Below the pieces are notes generated by a model. The model saw nothing but the letters and a program-made list of their open reading frames with translations. It did not search any database and was not told the origin of the DNA. A program made the position numbers and the translations under genes. 64,000 bases of DNA from positions 58,218 through 122,217 of the forward strand of contig DYGE01000001.1 of assembly GCA_020724845.1 (NCBI GenBank). Reading direction: 5' to 3'. The stretch's first letter is position 1; each line of letters starts with the position of its first letter. Shown here piece by piece: positions 1-10,022 of this stretch. Source of the DNA: Candidatus Paceibacter sp. (GTDB lineage Bacteria; Patescibacteriota; Minisyncoccia; UBA6257; 02-FULL-45-10c).

Positions 1-544
1 GTTCAATCGGTATGACTATCAATTTTGATTTTCGCCTGACGGTCAAAAAGATTTTACTACCGACAGGCCCTCTCAAAATATCCACGGCTTCCTCTAAGGG
101 AATGTCTTCCAAAGATATGCCTTTCTTACCATCCAAATGATTGGAAACTGCGACAAGCACATCGCCTTCCCGGATTCCCGCTTTTTCGGCCGAGTTTCCG
201 CTTGTGACCATTTCAACGGTAATTTGCCCGCCGGTTTTATTTTTTTGCCGTGTAATTCTTACACCTAGTCCGCCGAATTTCCCTTCGTTTTCGGCATTCT
301 CCTGCCTGGCTTCCATTGGCGGTAGGTATCTTGTGTACCGGTCTGTGCAGGCAGAGAGCCCGCGGGCCAGCGTCAGTTTCTGGCATTCTTCCATATCCAG
401 TTCGCGATAGTAGGCATTCTCCACGTAATAGAAAATCTCATCCATCAATGACATAGGCGAAAGCGTCCGCGCCAGCCAAGTAGAAATTGCCAAAGTCACC
501 AGTCCAAGCGTCGTCCATTGAAGAAGGCTTTTTAGTGTCTTCAC
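1..544 (-). CDS. S41 carboxyl-terminal protease, N-terminal part with PDZ domain (runs off window edge)
   Basis: Not in ORF track. GTG at 544 after AGGAGG; reads MKTLKSLLQW...DRYTRYL...EGKFGGLGVRI...NSAEKAGIREGDVL...LRGPVGSKIFLTVRR. Confidence 0.8.
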   Translation of the reverse strand, partial: MKTLKSLLQWTTLGLVTLAISTWLARTLSPMSLMDEIFYYVENAYYRELDMEECQKLTLARGLSACTDRYTRYLPPMEARQENAENEGKFGGLGVRITRQKNKTGGQITVEMVTSGNSAEKAGIREGDVLVAVSNHLDGKKGISLEDIPLEEAVDILRGPVGSKIFLTVRRKSKLIVIPIE

Positions 545-617
545 TAGCTCCTCCTATTTATTTGTCAAACGAGGATTTTGCTAGATTATGCCATAATTTT
601 TCCTCCGGAGCAAATTG

Positions 618-644
618 AAACCGCCCCGCAGTGCGGGGCGGTTT
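618..644. terminator. Intrinsic terminator hairpin
   Basis: 13-bp inverted repeat aaaccgccccgca/tgcggggcggttt just after the M50 gene stop. Confidence 0.7.
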
Positions 645-657
645 TGTTGAGCGCCTC

Positions 658-1317
658 TTATGCTATGAAGCTATATAAGTTGTATATTATCGGGATAATC
701 AGTCCAAAGCCGAAGAATATAAAGAAGAGCAAGATGATCATTCCGTACTGCTCCAAAAATTGCTGGACTTTGTAGTAACTTGACGGAAGTATTGCAAACA
801 ACACTTTTGAGCCGTCCAGCGGCGGAATGGGAACTAAATTGAATACGCCAAGAAGGATGTTGATGAAAATTATCATCATAAAGGCGAAATAGAGCGCTTC
901 CATCGGAGAGCCGATTGCTTCCGCGTTTGCCAGCGGCGCTGATTGGGTTATGAAAAGTTTGGTCGCCTGGTCGAGAGGAATGAATCTTCCGAGCAATCCA
1001 AAGACCGCCGCTACAAAGAAATTGCTCAATGGCCCGGCGGCGCCAATCAAGGCGGCGCCTTTTTTAGGGTCGCGCAAATTGTAGGGGTTATAAGGCACCG
1101 GCTTAGCCCAGCCGAAAAGTATCGGGCTGCGGACCAGTATCAAGGTTAATGGCAGGAGCACCGAACCTACCGGGTCAATATGTTTTAAAGGGTTCAAATT
1201 CAACCGACCCATTACCTTTGCCGTGTCGTCCCCTAGCTTATAAGCGACTGCCCCGTGTGAGACTTCGTGAATCATCACGGAAAAAATAAGAACAATAAGA
1301 GAAAAAATTAAAATCAT
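658..1317 (-). CDS. Site-2 protease (M50 family)
   Basis: HEVSH and NLVPIPPLDG motifs, multiple TM segments. Confidence 0.93.
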   Translation of the reverse strand: MILIFSLIVLIFSVMIHEVSHGAVAYKLGDDTAKVMGRLNLNPLKHIDPVGSVLLPLTLILVRSPILFGWAKPVPYNPYNLRDPKKGAALIGAAGPLSNFFVAAVFGLLGRFIPLDQATKLFITQSAPLANAEAIGSPMEALYFAFMMIIFINILLGVFNLVPIPPLDGSKVLFAILPSSYYKVQQFLEQYGMIILLFFIFFGFGLIIPIIYNLYSFIA

Positions 1318-1329
1318 GCCTTTAACTTA

Positions 1330-2274
1330 TTAAAGCAATGGCTTTCTATCCTCCAAATCGCGGTAAAGCTCCGGATCAATTATTCGCTGGAAGCAAGTTT
1401 CGCCGGCTTCGTGATCCCAGTTCTGCTGGTATTCGTAAAGCCTCTCCGGGTAAGGTATCGCCGCTTTGGGCCCGCCTAGCAGATCTTCTGAAGAGAGATC
1501 AAAGGTGGCGCAGAGTTCAAAAGCTAAATCTCCGTTTATAATGTATCTGTAAGGCAGGCCGGTGGCTGGATCGTTCGGTTGGGTGAATCCGGTGATGGTA
1601 TCTTCCAAATCAGAAAGTTCGCCGGGTAACTCATCTTTCTGTATCCAGTAGTTGACGATTCGGTCCTGCAGGGTTTGAAGGTCGCTGACGCGCCTTTGGT
1701 CAAATCTGTAAAGGCGAGCTTTGAGCGGAGATCCTGCGGTGAAGAACCCAAAAACGACGCTTACGAGCACGACCGCGCTGACCGCCCAAGTAAGATACTT
1801 TAATTTATTAGCTGGGAGCGTTTCTTTTAAATCTGACAGGTAGTACCAGAAAATCGTGCCAATGACTGCTAGGATAGATAAGACCTTGAGAAGAAACCTG
1901 GTCGTTAAATCTCCGCCCAGGAAATTAAATACTAAAGTAACTAAGTCGGTAATGATTATAATAGCCGCCAAGAAAAGAGTGAAATACAGCAGCCACTTTC
2001 TTATTTTTAAATTCCTTTTCTCGGGATTGCGCCGGTAATCCTGATTGAGCATCCGGGATACCAAGATGTAAACCGGGAAGATGATAATCAGCGAAGCCAT
2101 GGCCCAGCGGATTGATCCGGCAACGCTGTCATAATAAATCGGGCTTAATGGATCCGGGAAAAAGATATTGATGTACTGAAAAAGAAGGGCTAAAAGCCCG
2201 AAGGTGCTGATGTAAAGGGTAATAATGCCCAGTAAGTGAAGGAATACGTCCTTTGGCGCGTTATTTTGTTCCAT
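1330..2274 (-). CDS. DUF5671-like membrane protein
   Basis: About 5 TM segments, IRKWLLYFTLF, C-terminal DQRRVSDL...FELCATF soluble domain. Confidence 0.75.
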   Translation of the reverse strand: MEQNNAPKDVFLHLLGIITLYISTFGLLALLFQYINIFFPDPLSPIYYDSVAGSIRWAMASLIIIFPVYILVSRMLNQDYRRNPEKRNLKIRKWLLYFTLFLAAIIIITDLVTLVFNFLGGDLTTRFLLKVLSILAVIGTIFWYYLSDLKETLPANKLKYLTWAVSAVVLVSVVFGFFTAGSPLKARLYRFDQRRVSDLQTLQDRIVNYWIQKDELPGELSDLEDTITGFTQPNDPATGLPYRYIINGDLAFELCATFDLSSEDLLGGPKAAIPYPERLYEYQQNWDHEAGETCFQRIIDPELYRDLEDRKPLL

Positions 2275-2338
2275 ATATTTTAGTTCTGATTCTACCCTTC
2301 TAATAATAACATAAAATCCTCCGCAATTGGAGGATTAT

Positions 2339-2827
2339 TTAATCTTCTCTGATAACTTCCAGGCTTACTACAGGCTTGAACTCGGTAAAGTAATCCCTTT
2401 TCAAGAAAACAATCTCCACTTTATAAACCATCAGTTTTCCGCGAATCACTCTTTTCTGGTGGCGTATATCTTGCAGTTCATTTGGTCGCTTTATCCGCCA
2501 GTTGCTCTCATTCAGCCGTATCGCCGAAGCCAGGCGCGCCTTCCGGTCGTTGGTAGGCCACCATTCAAAATAAACTACCCCCTGGTCAAAAAAATCAATG
2601 GTAAATATGGATATTCCAAGCCCATCGTTTTCATATTCAGCGCCGGTGGCGATCTTCTTATCAAGCTCCGCGGTTCCAAAGGCGCAGCCGAAAAGCATTT
2701 GCTTCCCGGACTTCTTATCAACGTCAACGTACATATCCAGCTTGTTGGTTCTTATCCAGCCTTCCGTTTCGCATCTTTCTCTGCTGTCAAAATCAGGGAT
2801 TTTGAAATCTCTCCCCGGGACTAGCAT
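2339..2827 (-). CDS. Hypothetical protein (orphan unit)
   Basis: Start moved to ATG 2827 after GAGGA; the track's TTG start is the -35 box TTGACG. Confidence 0.65.
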   Translation of the reverse strand: MLVPGRDFKIPDFDSRERCETEGWIRTNKLDMYVDVDKKSGKQMLFGCAFGTAELDKKIATGAEYENDGLGISIFTIDFFDQGVVYFEWWPTNDRKARLASAIRLNESNWRIKRPNELQDIRHQKRVIRGKLMVYKVEIVFLKRDYFTEFKPVVSLEVIRED

Positions 2828-2889
2828 CAGTCCTCGCAATGTGAAGGTTCTTATTTTTATAATGCTCCTTAAAAAAATCTCCGTCAATG

Positions 2890-3351
2890 TTATTCAGCGG
2901 TTTTCTGGAACACTTTAAGCGCTTCAAGCTGCGCGTCTTGGAGGTGAGTGGCCGGCCGTTTTTCTTTTATTAGAGCGACGGCGCCTTCCACAGTTTTCCC
3001 CCGGCTGATTAAATACGCGGCAACCAACGTTGGCGCCCTGCCATGGCCGTGTTTACAATGCACGTACACTTTTTTATCCATCTTTATCAACTCTTCAATA
3101 AATCTAATGCCTAAACGCAATTGTTCCGGATTGGGTGGCGTGTGATCCTTAGTCGGCAGCCAAAGGTAAAATTTCACCCCAAACGGGGCATCCAGCTTTT
3201 CTTCTTCTAAAGATATGTCGGCGGTGATTCCTTGTTCCAGCAATTCTTCTTCAAAATGCGTCCGGCAGCACATATTGGTGCCAATGTAGATATTGGGAGT
3301 GATCTGGTTATATTCCAATTTGTTATGCTTTTTATCGTGATTGTTTTCCAT
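2890..3351 (-). CDS. Dual-specificity protein phosphatase
   Basis: VHCKHGHGRAPT (CX5R) active site. Confidence 0.9.
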   Translation of the reverse strand: MENNHDKKHNKLEYNQITPNIYIGTNMCCRTHFEEELLEQGITADISLEEEKLDAPFGVKFYLWLPTKDHTPPNPEQLRLGIRFIEELIKMDKKVYVHCKHGHGRAPTLVAAYLISRGKTVEGAVALIKEKRPATHLQDAQLEALKVFQKTAE

Positions 3352-3353
3352 AA

Positions 3354-4319
3354 CTATTTAATTAGTTTTTTAAACTCTTCTACCATTGGCACTTGCTCCG
3401 CCTCAACTCCGTATTCTTTGGCAGTATAATAAGCCGTCCAGTCCGCCAAAAGCAAGGAGGAAAAAATCTTATGGAAATGGTTTTTGCCATTTACGATTAC
3501 AACTTCGGACGGCAGACGCCTTTCGCGGTACAATCTTTCGGTGACGTTCATCCGTTTGGTTATCTTAGGCTGGTCGGCAACATCTTTTAGAAAAACGAAG
3601 TAAAAGTACTTGGAAAGCGCGCCAGTGGAATCTTTAACGTCAAAGCCGGTCATTTCGTTGTGGTTGAGTTCCGGGAAATAATTGATGAAAGCCGGTATCT
3701 TTCCGGTTTCATTGAATTTTATTTTCCAATTATAAGCTATTGGCATATTTCTTTCGGATGAATAAATTACCGGCACATGCCCTTTCAGTTTTCTGGCGAG
3801 GGCTTTGCCGATCCTTTCGGCTTCGTAAGATTTCATTAGTTTCGCCAGTTCGGTCAGCTCACTGCTGAATTTATTTTCTTTCATTACCGCCGCCAGTGAT
3901 TTTATTGAATATCCCAAGGCGGATCTCGGCTGGATTCCGGTAGCCGGCATTTGCACGTGCGGGACCTTGCTCTTCTTAGCGAGATCTAAGAGTTTCCCGC
4001 CGGTAGAAACAGCCGCTAAGGGATACTTCATTTTTGAGGCGAGCTTGAAGCCCTCAATAACTTCTTCGGTATTGCCCGAATACGAACTGGCGATAATTAA
4101 ACTTTGTTTTAAAACTGCGGGGCTAAGTTTCGGCAAGCCATAATTGCGGTGAGACATGACATCAAAATAGGGGTCGCGGATTTTGAATAGGTCCGCGGCC
4201 AGGTTGGAGCCGCCCATCCCAAGGACGATGAATTTCTTGAATTTTTTCAGCTTCCCGGCATTTTCAATAACCGGCTTGTATTCAAACTGTTTAGGAAAAT
4301 TTTTTATTGCTTCGTGCAT
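3354..4319 (-). CDS. Bifunctional phosphoglucose/phosphomannose isomerase (SIS)
   Basis: GMGGS, SYSGNTEE, QPRSA, FNETGK, PELNHNE motifs. Confidence 0.9.
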   Translation of the reverse strand: MHEAIKNFPKQFEYKPVIENAGKLKKFKKFIVLGMGGSNLAADLFKIRDPYFDVMSHRNYGLPKLSPAVLKQSLIIASSYSGNTEEVIEGFKLASKMKYPLAAVSTGGKLLDLAKKSKVPHVQMPATGIQPRSALGYSIKSLAAVMKENKFSSELTELAKLMKSYEAERIGKALARKLKGHVPVIYSSERNMPIAYNWKIKFNETGKIPAFINYFPELNHNEMTGFDVKDSTGALSKYFYFVFLKDVADQPKITKRMNVTERLYRERRLPSEVVIVNGKNHFHKIFSSLLLADWTAYYTAKEYGVEAEQVPMVEEFKKLIK

Positions 4320-4323
4320 ATAA

Positions 4324-6678
4324 TTATTTTACCACATCGTGCCCGCCAAATTGATTGCGAAGCGCGGAAAGTATTTTGCCGACGTAACTCGGCGATTTCT
4401 CCGATTTTACTCGGAATCTGAAAGCGCCTTCAATGGCCGGAGTAGGAACTTTTAGTTTTTTCGCGGTTTTTACCGTCCATTCTCCTTCCCCGGTATGGCT
4501 CACTGAGCCGGATATCTTTTTCAAATTTTCCCCAAATTCTTCGTACGCGGATTTGATCCATCCTATTAGCCGTGACTCTATCACGCTTCCATGGTTGTAA
4601 ATCTCGGCGACTCTTTTAAGATCAAGCTTGAATGGCGATTTTTTCATCACGGCAAATCCTTCGGCAATTGCCTGCATCATTCCGTATTCAATTCCGTTAT
4701 GGACCATCTTCACAAAATGTCCGGCGCCGGATTTACCAATGTAGCCATACCCTCCTGGAGCGGCTAAGTCCTGGAATAGACCCTCCAAGGCGATAAATAT
4801 TTTTTTATCGCCGCCTATCATAAGCGAAGACCCGGCACGCGCTCCCTTTGGCCCGCCGGAAACTCCGACGTCCAGAAAATGGATGCCTCTTTTGTGAAAT
4901 TCTTTTGAACGCTTTATTGAGCTTTCGTAAAAGGAATTGCCTCCGTCAATTACTATATCTCCCTTGCTTAAAATTTTCAGTAAGCGCGCGGTTGTTTCTT
5001 CTATCGGTTTTCCGGCCGGTACCATTAACCACAACAACCTGGGCTGCCCCAGGTTCTTAGCCAATTCTTCTATCGCGTAAGCGCCGAGTAATCCTTCCCT
5101 TCCCAACTCTTTGGTTGCTTGCCCGTCCTTATTATACCCATGAACTTTCCATCCTTTTTCCATTAGCCTTCTCGCGAGGTTCCCTCCCATTTTCCCAAGG
5201 CCGATAATGCCGATCTCTTTTTTAATCGGCCTTGCCAAATGCGGCGCTTTTTCAACTGATTCTGATGATTTCCGGGCTTCGTCTGTGTTTGGCTGATAGC
5301 TTTTCAGCGGAACAAGATTTTTCTGCCAGGCATTTGTAATCGGATCAGTAAACCTCCACATCGCTTCAACTTCTTCGCTGCTTACGAAAAGCGTTTGGTC
5401 CCCGGCGATGCAATCCAGCAGTAATTTTTCATACTCTTCGGTGTATTGCGGCTTTCCGGATTTTTCGCGATAACTGAATTTAAAAATTCTCTCTTCAACT
5501 TCCATTTTTAGGCCGGGTTTTTTCGACCAAAAAGTCACAGTTATTTCTTCTTCCGGTTCCATTCGGATAAACAGCTTATTTTTTAGATGTTCCCCTGATG
5601 GGCAAAAGCATGGCGTAGGATGCTTGAAAGCGACCTCAATTTCTTTTCTTTGTTCTTTTAACTTCTTGCCGCTCTCTAAAATTATTGGCACTCCTTGCCA
5701 TTTAGGATCTTTCAAGAAAGCCTTAATTTTAAAGTAAGTTTCAGTGTCTGATTTTGGCCGGACGCCCTTTATGGTCTGGTAGCCGTCGTATTGAGCGCGG
5801 AAAGTGTTGCTTTTAACTTCTTTTAATTCTGGCAATTCCAGAGTCTTTAAAATTTTCGCCCGATTTTTTCTGATGGCGTCCGCTTCACCAAACTTTCCCG
5901 GATTTTCCATTGTGATCAGCGCGAGCATTTGCAGCAAATGATTCTGGCCGACATCGCGCAAAGCTCCGACCCCATCGTAAAAACTGCCTCGGTCTTCTAC
6001 CCCGATGTTTTCCAGTAATTTTATATGAACGCTTTCAATTAATTTGTTATCCCATCCCTTTTCCAAAAAATTATTCGCGAAACGAAAGGTCAAGATATTT
6101 TGAAGCATTTCCTTGGCAAGATAATGGTCTATGCGGTAAATTTGTATTTCTTGGAAGAGCTTGCTTAGCAGCCCATCAAGCTTTCTCGCGGTTTTCAAAT
6201 CTTTGCCGAATGGCTTTTCAACCAAAACCCTAGTCCATCCCTCTTCTTCGCTGCAGGGCCGGGTTAGCTTGGAGGCCGATAAATTTTTGAAAATAACCTC
6301 GTAAAATTGAGGAGGCACCGCGAGATAGAATAATTTATTGGCGCAAACTCCCCACTCGTCGTCAATTTTTTGCAATAATTCCGAGAGTGCCCGAAAATCT
6401 TTTAAACTTTGGAAACCTCCAGGCTGATAATCAAAAAGATCGCAAAAAGCCGAGCAGGTTTTTAAATCCCATCCTTTTTTAATCAAGTTGCTAAATACAT
6501 AGTCGTGGAACTCCTGCTTGGAATATTCCCTCCTGGAAAATCCGACTATTTTGAACTTTTTCGGCAGTTCTCCTTTTTGGAATAAATTAAAAAGCGCCGG
6601 CGTGATTTTTTTGGCCATTAAATCTCCAGTGGCTCCAAAAATAACAAAAATTGTTGGAATATTCGGATTTAGTTTCAT
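4324..6678 (-). CDS. zwf-gnd: Fused glucose-6-phosphate dehydrogenase + 6-phosphogluconate dehydrogenase
   Basis: GATGDL, EKPFG, RIDHYLAKE (Zwf), then IGLGKMG, DGGNS, GVSGG, GHFVKMVHNGIEYG, LRNQFGGH (Gnd) in one ORF. Confidence 0.93.
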   Translation of the reverse strand: MKLNPNIPTIFVIFGATGDLMAKKITPALFNLFQKGELPKKFKIVGFSRREYSKQEFHDYVFSNLIKKGWDLKTCSAFCDLFDYQPGGFQSLKDFRALSELLQKIDDEWGVCANKLFYLAVPPQFYEVIFKNLSASKLTRPCSEEEGWTRVLVEKPFGKDLKTARKLDGLLSKLFQEIQIYRIDHYLAKEMLQNILTFRFANNFLEKGWDNKLIESVHIKLLENIGVEDRGSFYDGVGALRDVGQNHLLQMLALITMENPGKFGEADAIRKNRAKILKTLELPELKEVKSNTFRAQYDGYQTIKGVRPKSDTETYFKIKAFLKDPKWQGVPIILESGKKLKEQRKEIEVAFKHPTPCFCPSGEHLKNKLFIRMEPEEEITVTFWSKKPGLKMEVEERIFKFSYREKSGKPQYTEEYEKLLLDCIAGDQTLFVSSEEVEAMWRFTDPITNAWQKNLVPLKSYQPNTDEARKSSESVEKAPHLARPIKKEIGIIGLGKMGGNLARRLMEKGWKVHGYNKDGQATKELGREGLLGAYAIEELAKNLGQPRLLWLMVPAGKPIEETTARLLKILSKGDIVIDGGNSFYESSIKRSKEFHKRGIHFLDVGVSGGPKGARAGSSLMIGGDKKIFIALEGLFQDLAAPGGYGYIGKSGAGHFVKMVHNGIEYGMMQAIAEGFAVMKKSPFKLDLKRVAEIYNHGSVIESRLIGWIKSAYEEFGENLKKISGSVSHTGEGEWTVKTAKKLKVPTPAIEGAFRFRVKSEKSPSYVGKILSALRNQFGGHDVVK

Positions 6679-6710
6679 AAAATTTCTATCAATCCGCGCG
6701 CGGTATGCTT

Positions 6711-6920
6711 TTATAGCAATGAAGGCGCTTGCAACAAGTAGCCGAGAATAATGAGAGTGATGCCGGCTATGCCGATGTACCTTTCGCGCTTCATTTCGGT
6801 AAATACTTTTTCATCAACCTGATGTTCTTGCCAGAAGCGGTAATGAATCATAACGGCAGTGTAGGAAATCATAATTTTCCCTATAACGTCCAGCGTAAGC
6901 CCGATAAATTCTAAATTCAT
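6711..6920 (-). CDS. Small 2-TM membrane protein
   Basis: 69 aa with two hydrophobic helices. Confidence 0.7.
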   Translation of the reverse strand: MNLEFIGLTLDVIGKIMISYTAVMIHYRFWQEHQVDEKVFTEMKRERYIGIAGITLIILGYLLQAPSLL

Positions 6921-7042
6921 ACTGTTATAAAATTAAATTACAGGGCTTGTCGACTAAAGGCCCTTGATAATGCTTGGTTATATCTTGGATAAGATTATGC
7001 ATAGTTGTTAATTTTCTAACGGGATTCGCGCTTTTGGATTGA

Positions 7043-7807
7043 TTATAAATAATCTAATAATCTTTCGTATTCAATAAACCGGAAGATCTTGTATCCCCAG
7101 ATAATTAGCAAGTTCATATTATCGGTGAATAAAAGAATTCCTAAAAGAATTAAGAAAATCCCTCCGATAAAAGAAATAGCGTTAAGATATTTCGAAAATT
7201 TATTAATATACCCGCCGGCGGAACCAATGCCAACGGCGATGAGAAGAAATGGTATTGCCAATCCCAAGGAAAAGATTAGCAGCAGAGCTGCTCCTTGCAG
7301 GGCGGTAGCAGAAGTAGAGGCAAGGAAAAGTATGGACCCGAGAATCGGACCTACGCAGGGGGTCCAACCAAGGGCAAATGCTGATCCTAATATGAACGAA
7401 TTTAGCGTTTTGCCTCGTTGAAAAATTTGAGGGACTTTAAATTGTTTTTCTGATGTCAAAAAAGGAATCTTAATCGCGTTCATCATAAATAGCCCGAAGA
7501 TTACCACAAAAACTCCTCCGATTCTGGTCAGCCAGATTCGGTAAGGCACCAATCCCCTGCCAATGAATCCTGCCAAAGTCCCGAAGGCTATAAAAATTAC
7601 GCTAAACCCAATAACAAAGGCCAGGCCGTTCAATAATATCTTCCAGCGCGCAGCTTTTTTCTTCTCTGGATCTTTTAAGTCTTCTAATGAAACGCCACTG
7701 ATAAATCCTAAATACGCAGGAACCAGCGGCAAGGTGCAGGGAGCTAAGAATGTGAGTAGGCCGGCGATGAATGCCGGGATAGCTAATGAAAAAATTTGAG
7801 CCTCCAT
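7043..7807 (-). CDS. ccdA: CcdA/DsbD-family transmembrane electron transporter
   Basis: FLAPCTLPLVP and GWTPCVGPIL motifs. Confidence 0.9.
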   Translation of the reverse strand: MEAQIFSLAIPAFIAGLLTFLAPCTLPLVPAYLGFISGVSLEDLKDPEKKKAARWKILLNGLAFVIGFSVIFIAFGTLAGFIGRGLVPYRIWLTRIGGVFVVIFGLFMMNAIKIPFLTSEKQFKVPQIFQRGKTLNSFILGSAFALGWTPCVGPILGSILFLASTSATALQGAALLLIFSLGLAIPFLLIAVGIGSAGGYINKFSKYLNAISFIGGIFLILLGILLFTDNMNLLIIWGYKIFRFIEYERLLDYL

Positions 7808-7835
7808 AGTCGTTGGTTGTTAGTCGTTGGTTGTT
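7808..7835. repeat. Heptamer tandem repeat
   Basis: agtcgtt ggttgtt agtcgtt ggttgtt spanning the TlpA stop and ccdA start region. Confidence 0.7.
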
Positions 7836-8347
7836 AGTTCTAAAATGCGTCTGCGAATCTCTTCTAAGTCCATCGGTCCGCGCTTGTGTTGTAGAATATT
7901 GCCAGCGGCATCCACAAAAATAGTTTCCGGCATTGAGAATCCGCCTATGGACCGATAAAAAGAGTCGTCCGGATCAAGAAGAAAAACTAAATCATTCGTT
8001 ACGTCCAATTCGTCAGTGTATTTTTTGGCGGTTTCCAGCGGTTCAGCGCGGTCGATGGCGATAATGATTACTTGATCGCCGAACTCTTTTTGCGCCGCGG
8101 CGAACGCGGGCAATTCTTCAACGCAAAAAGGGCACCAGGCGGCCCAAGAATTTATAACCAGCGGTTGGCCTTCAAAATCTGACAAGCGCACTATTTCCCC
8201 TTCATAATTTTGCAAGCTAAAAGCAGGCGCTTTATCAAGTCTGTCTTCTTCTGTAACAACGTTCGCGGCCTGCCTTTTAGCTACTCCTGAAGACAACAAA
8301 AAAACAACCGCGATAATTCCCAAAATTATGTATAATGATTTCTTCAT
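7820..8347 (-). CDS. TlpA/ResA-like redoxin
   Basis: N-terminal anchor, WAAWCPFC, MPETIF. Confidence 0.9.
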   Translation of the reverse strand: MKKSLYIILGIIAVVFLLSSGVAKRQAANVVTEEDRLDKAPAFSLQNYEGEIVRLSDFEGQPLVINSWAAWCPFCVEELPAFAAAQKEFGDQVIIIAIDRAEPLETAKKYTDELDVTNDLVFLLDPDDSFYRSIGGFSMPETIFVDAAGNILQHKRGPMDLEEIRRRILELTTND

Positions 8348-8431
8348 ATTACTCAAAAAGACAATCTTATAATTCTCTTTTTGAGTAATGGCGAATTCTG
8401 AATTTCACGATTCGCCATTCTAGCTAGCGAG

Positions 8432-8464
8432 TTAGCACCCGCAAGGGGCTTTAGGGCCTTTCAT
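8432..8464 (-). CDS. Possible 10-aa micropeptide MKGPKAPCGC
   Basis: ATG after an A/T-rich leader, ends Cys-Gly-Cys-TAA, inside the redox operon. Confidence 0.3.
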   Translation of the reverse strand: MKGPKAPCGC

Positions 8465-8507
8465 AAATTTGTTGGTTATTAATTGGTAATGTGGATTTTC
8501 TTTGCAT

Positions 8508-8888
8508 TTATAATCCTATCGAGCCTCCTCCATTTAGAAGAATAGCAATGTTAGCTGCCAAGAGCGCTAGATCAAATTCCCAGCCGGTTTTATCGTGAGC
8601 CGCGAAGGCTACTCCCCATTTCATCGTCTTCATTCCGATCGCGCCAATCATCACTATTGCCAAAAGAAGGGCAGATAACTGCGCGTAAACCCCGAGTATC
8701 AATCCCGCGGAAGACAAAAGCTCTACTAGGCCGAGCATAAAGATCATTCCCGCTGGCATCGCCATCATCTGCGCCATACCGCCGGCGTTTTTTAACTTTG
8801 GCAGGGCGTGATAAGCGAAAATGACAGCCACAACTAGACGCAGAAGAAACAAACCTAAATCACTGTATTGCAGTAGTTGTTCAAACAT
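8508..8888 (-). CDS. DoxX family membrane protein
   Basis: LLRLVVAVIFAYHALPKL and GWEFDL motifs. Confidence 0.88.
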   Translation of the reverse strand: MFEQLLQYSDLGLFLLRLVVAVIFAYHALPKLKNAGGMAQMMAMPAGMIFMLGLVELLSSAGLILGVYAQLSALLLAIVMIGAIGMKTMKWGVAFAAHDKTGWEFDLALLAANIAILLNGGGSIGL

Positions 8889-8925
8889 TTGATTTTTTTA
8901 TTTTATTTTTCCGACCTTTTTAAAT

Positions 8926-9966
8926 CTATTTATATAATTCAGTATCGGGATGCGCCGAAGCCCAGCTGAACCAGAATCCGGAAACCGGATTGATTCTTTC
9001 TTCTGATCCGTCCGGAAGCCTTTTAAAAATCCTTACGACATCCAAATCTTTGTCGTGGCGTAAGATTATATTCTCCCCTTGAAATTCGTCCGTTACTTCC
9101 TCTTTTTCTTTAACCGCTTCAGTATGATACGCTTTTGCCTGTCCGTTGATTACGATTCCAAAAACAAACGCGTCGTTTGGCAATCTCGTGTCAGTAGGTT
9201 TGGCGAGCGAAAGCGCCAAATTAGTCGCCGAGAAATAATCTCCGTAGGGACTGTAGCCGTAAATCCTGGTAGCGCCAGTGTCACGAGAAAGCACCTCTCC
9301 ATTAGGAAATTGCTTTTTCCAATTTCCATATAATACCTGATCTGACGGCAGGACCGGCAATTTAGTTCCGGTCATTTCGCCCACTACGGCTTCTCCAAGG
9401 ACTTGCGGCCAAAGCGATTCGGTTTTACGGTCATACATCACTAAATTTGATTTCCAAAGCTTGCCGGAAGTTCCAAACTCTACGCGCTCTCCTTGTACGA
9501 TTGGGTCAAAGACGAAGCCGGTCAGGCAAAGCGGGCAGTATGTGACAAGTACTCGTCTTCCATCAATCTGGTCATTTACGATTTCATGCCATACCAAAAT
9601 TTGGTACGGGTAAAAGCGGTGCGCGCCAGCCAATGATAAGGCTACTCCCGGTTCGCTATCGTCAAGAAACTCATCCGCCTCTTGTATAGAAACGAACTTA
9701 GGATCATCAATCGGCGGAATGCCGTCTTTAGGCGGTCCGCCACTGATGATTTCTTCCAGCGGGATGCTGTGTTTTACGCCGCCAGTAACCATTATCTTTT
9801 TTTCTTCAATATTTCCGTTAGTTTCCACAATGATTGTTTTTTCGGTTGTTTCGCCACCGACCGGCAGTTCAATATCCGAAGCAAATCTCTGCCATAAAAG
9901 TAAACCGAGATATCCAACGGCTAAAACCAAAATTGTTGCATATACGATTTTTTTAGTCGCAAACAT
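8926..9966 (-). CDS. DUF3179 family protein
   Basis: GGPPKDGIPPID, WHEIVND, TYCPLC, SNLVMYDR, FWFSW. Confidence 0.88.
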   Translation of the reverse strand: MFATKKIVYATILVLAVGYLGLLLWQRFASDIELPVGGETTEKTIIVETNGNIEEKKIMVTGGVKHSIPLEEIISGGPPKDGIPPIDDPKFVSIQEADEFLDDSEPGVALSLAGAHRFYPYQILVWHEIVNDQIDGRRVLVTYCPLCLTGFVFDPIVQGERVEFGTSGKLWKSNLVMYDRKTESLWPQVLGEAVVGEMTGTKLPVLPSDQVLYGNWKKQFPNGEVLSRDTGATRIYGYSPYGDYFSATNLALSLAKPTDTRLPNDAFVFGIVINGQAKAYHTEAVKEKEEVTDEFQGENIILRHDKDLDVVRIFKRLPDGSEERINPVSGFWFSWASAHPDTELYK

Positions 9967-10022
9967 GGACTAATATTTTAGATTAATGAATAATTAATCC
10001 CTTATTCTTAATTCCTGATTCT

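Noticed and set aside
6924..7001. 25-codon minus-strand ORF MHNLIQDITKHYQGPLVDKPCNLIL
   Set aside because: No distinctive features or signals; consistent with chance.
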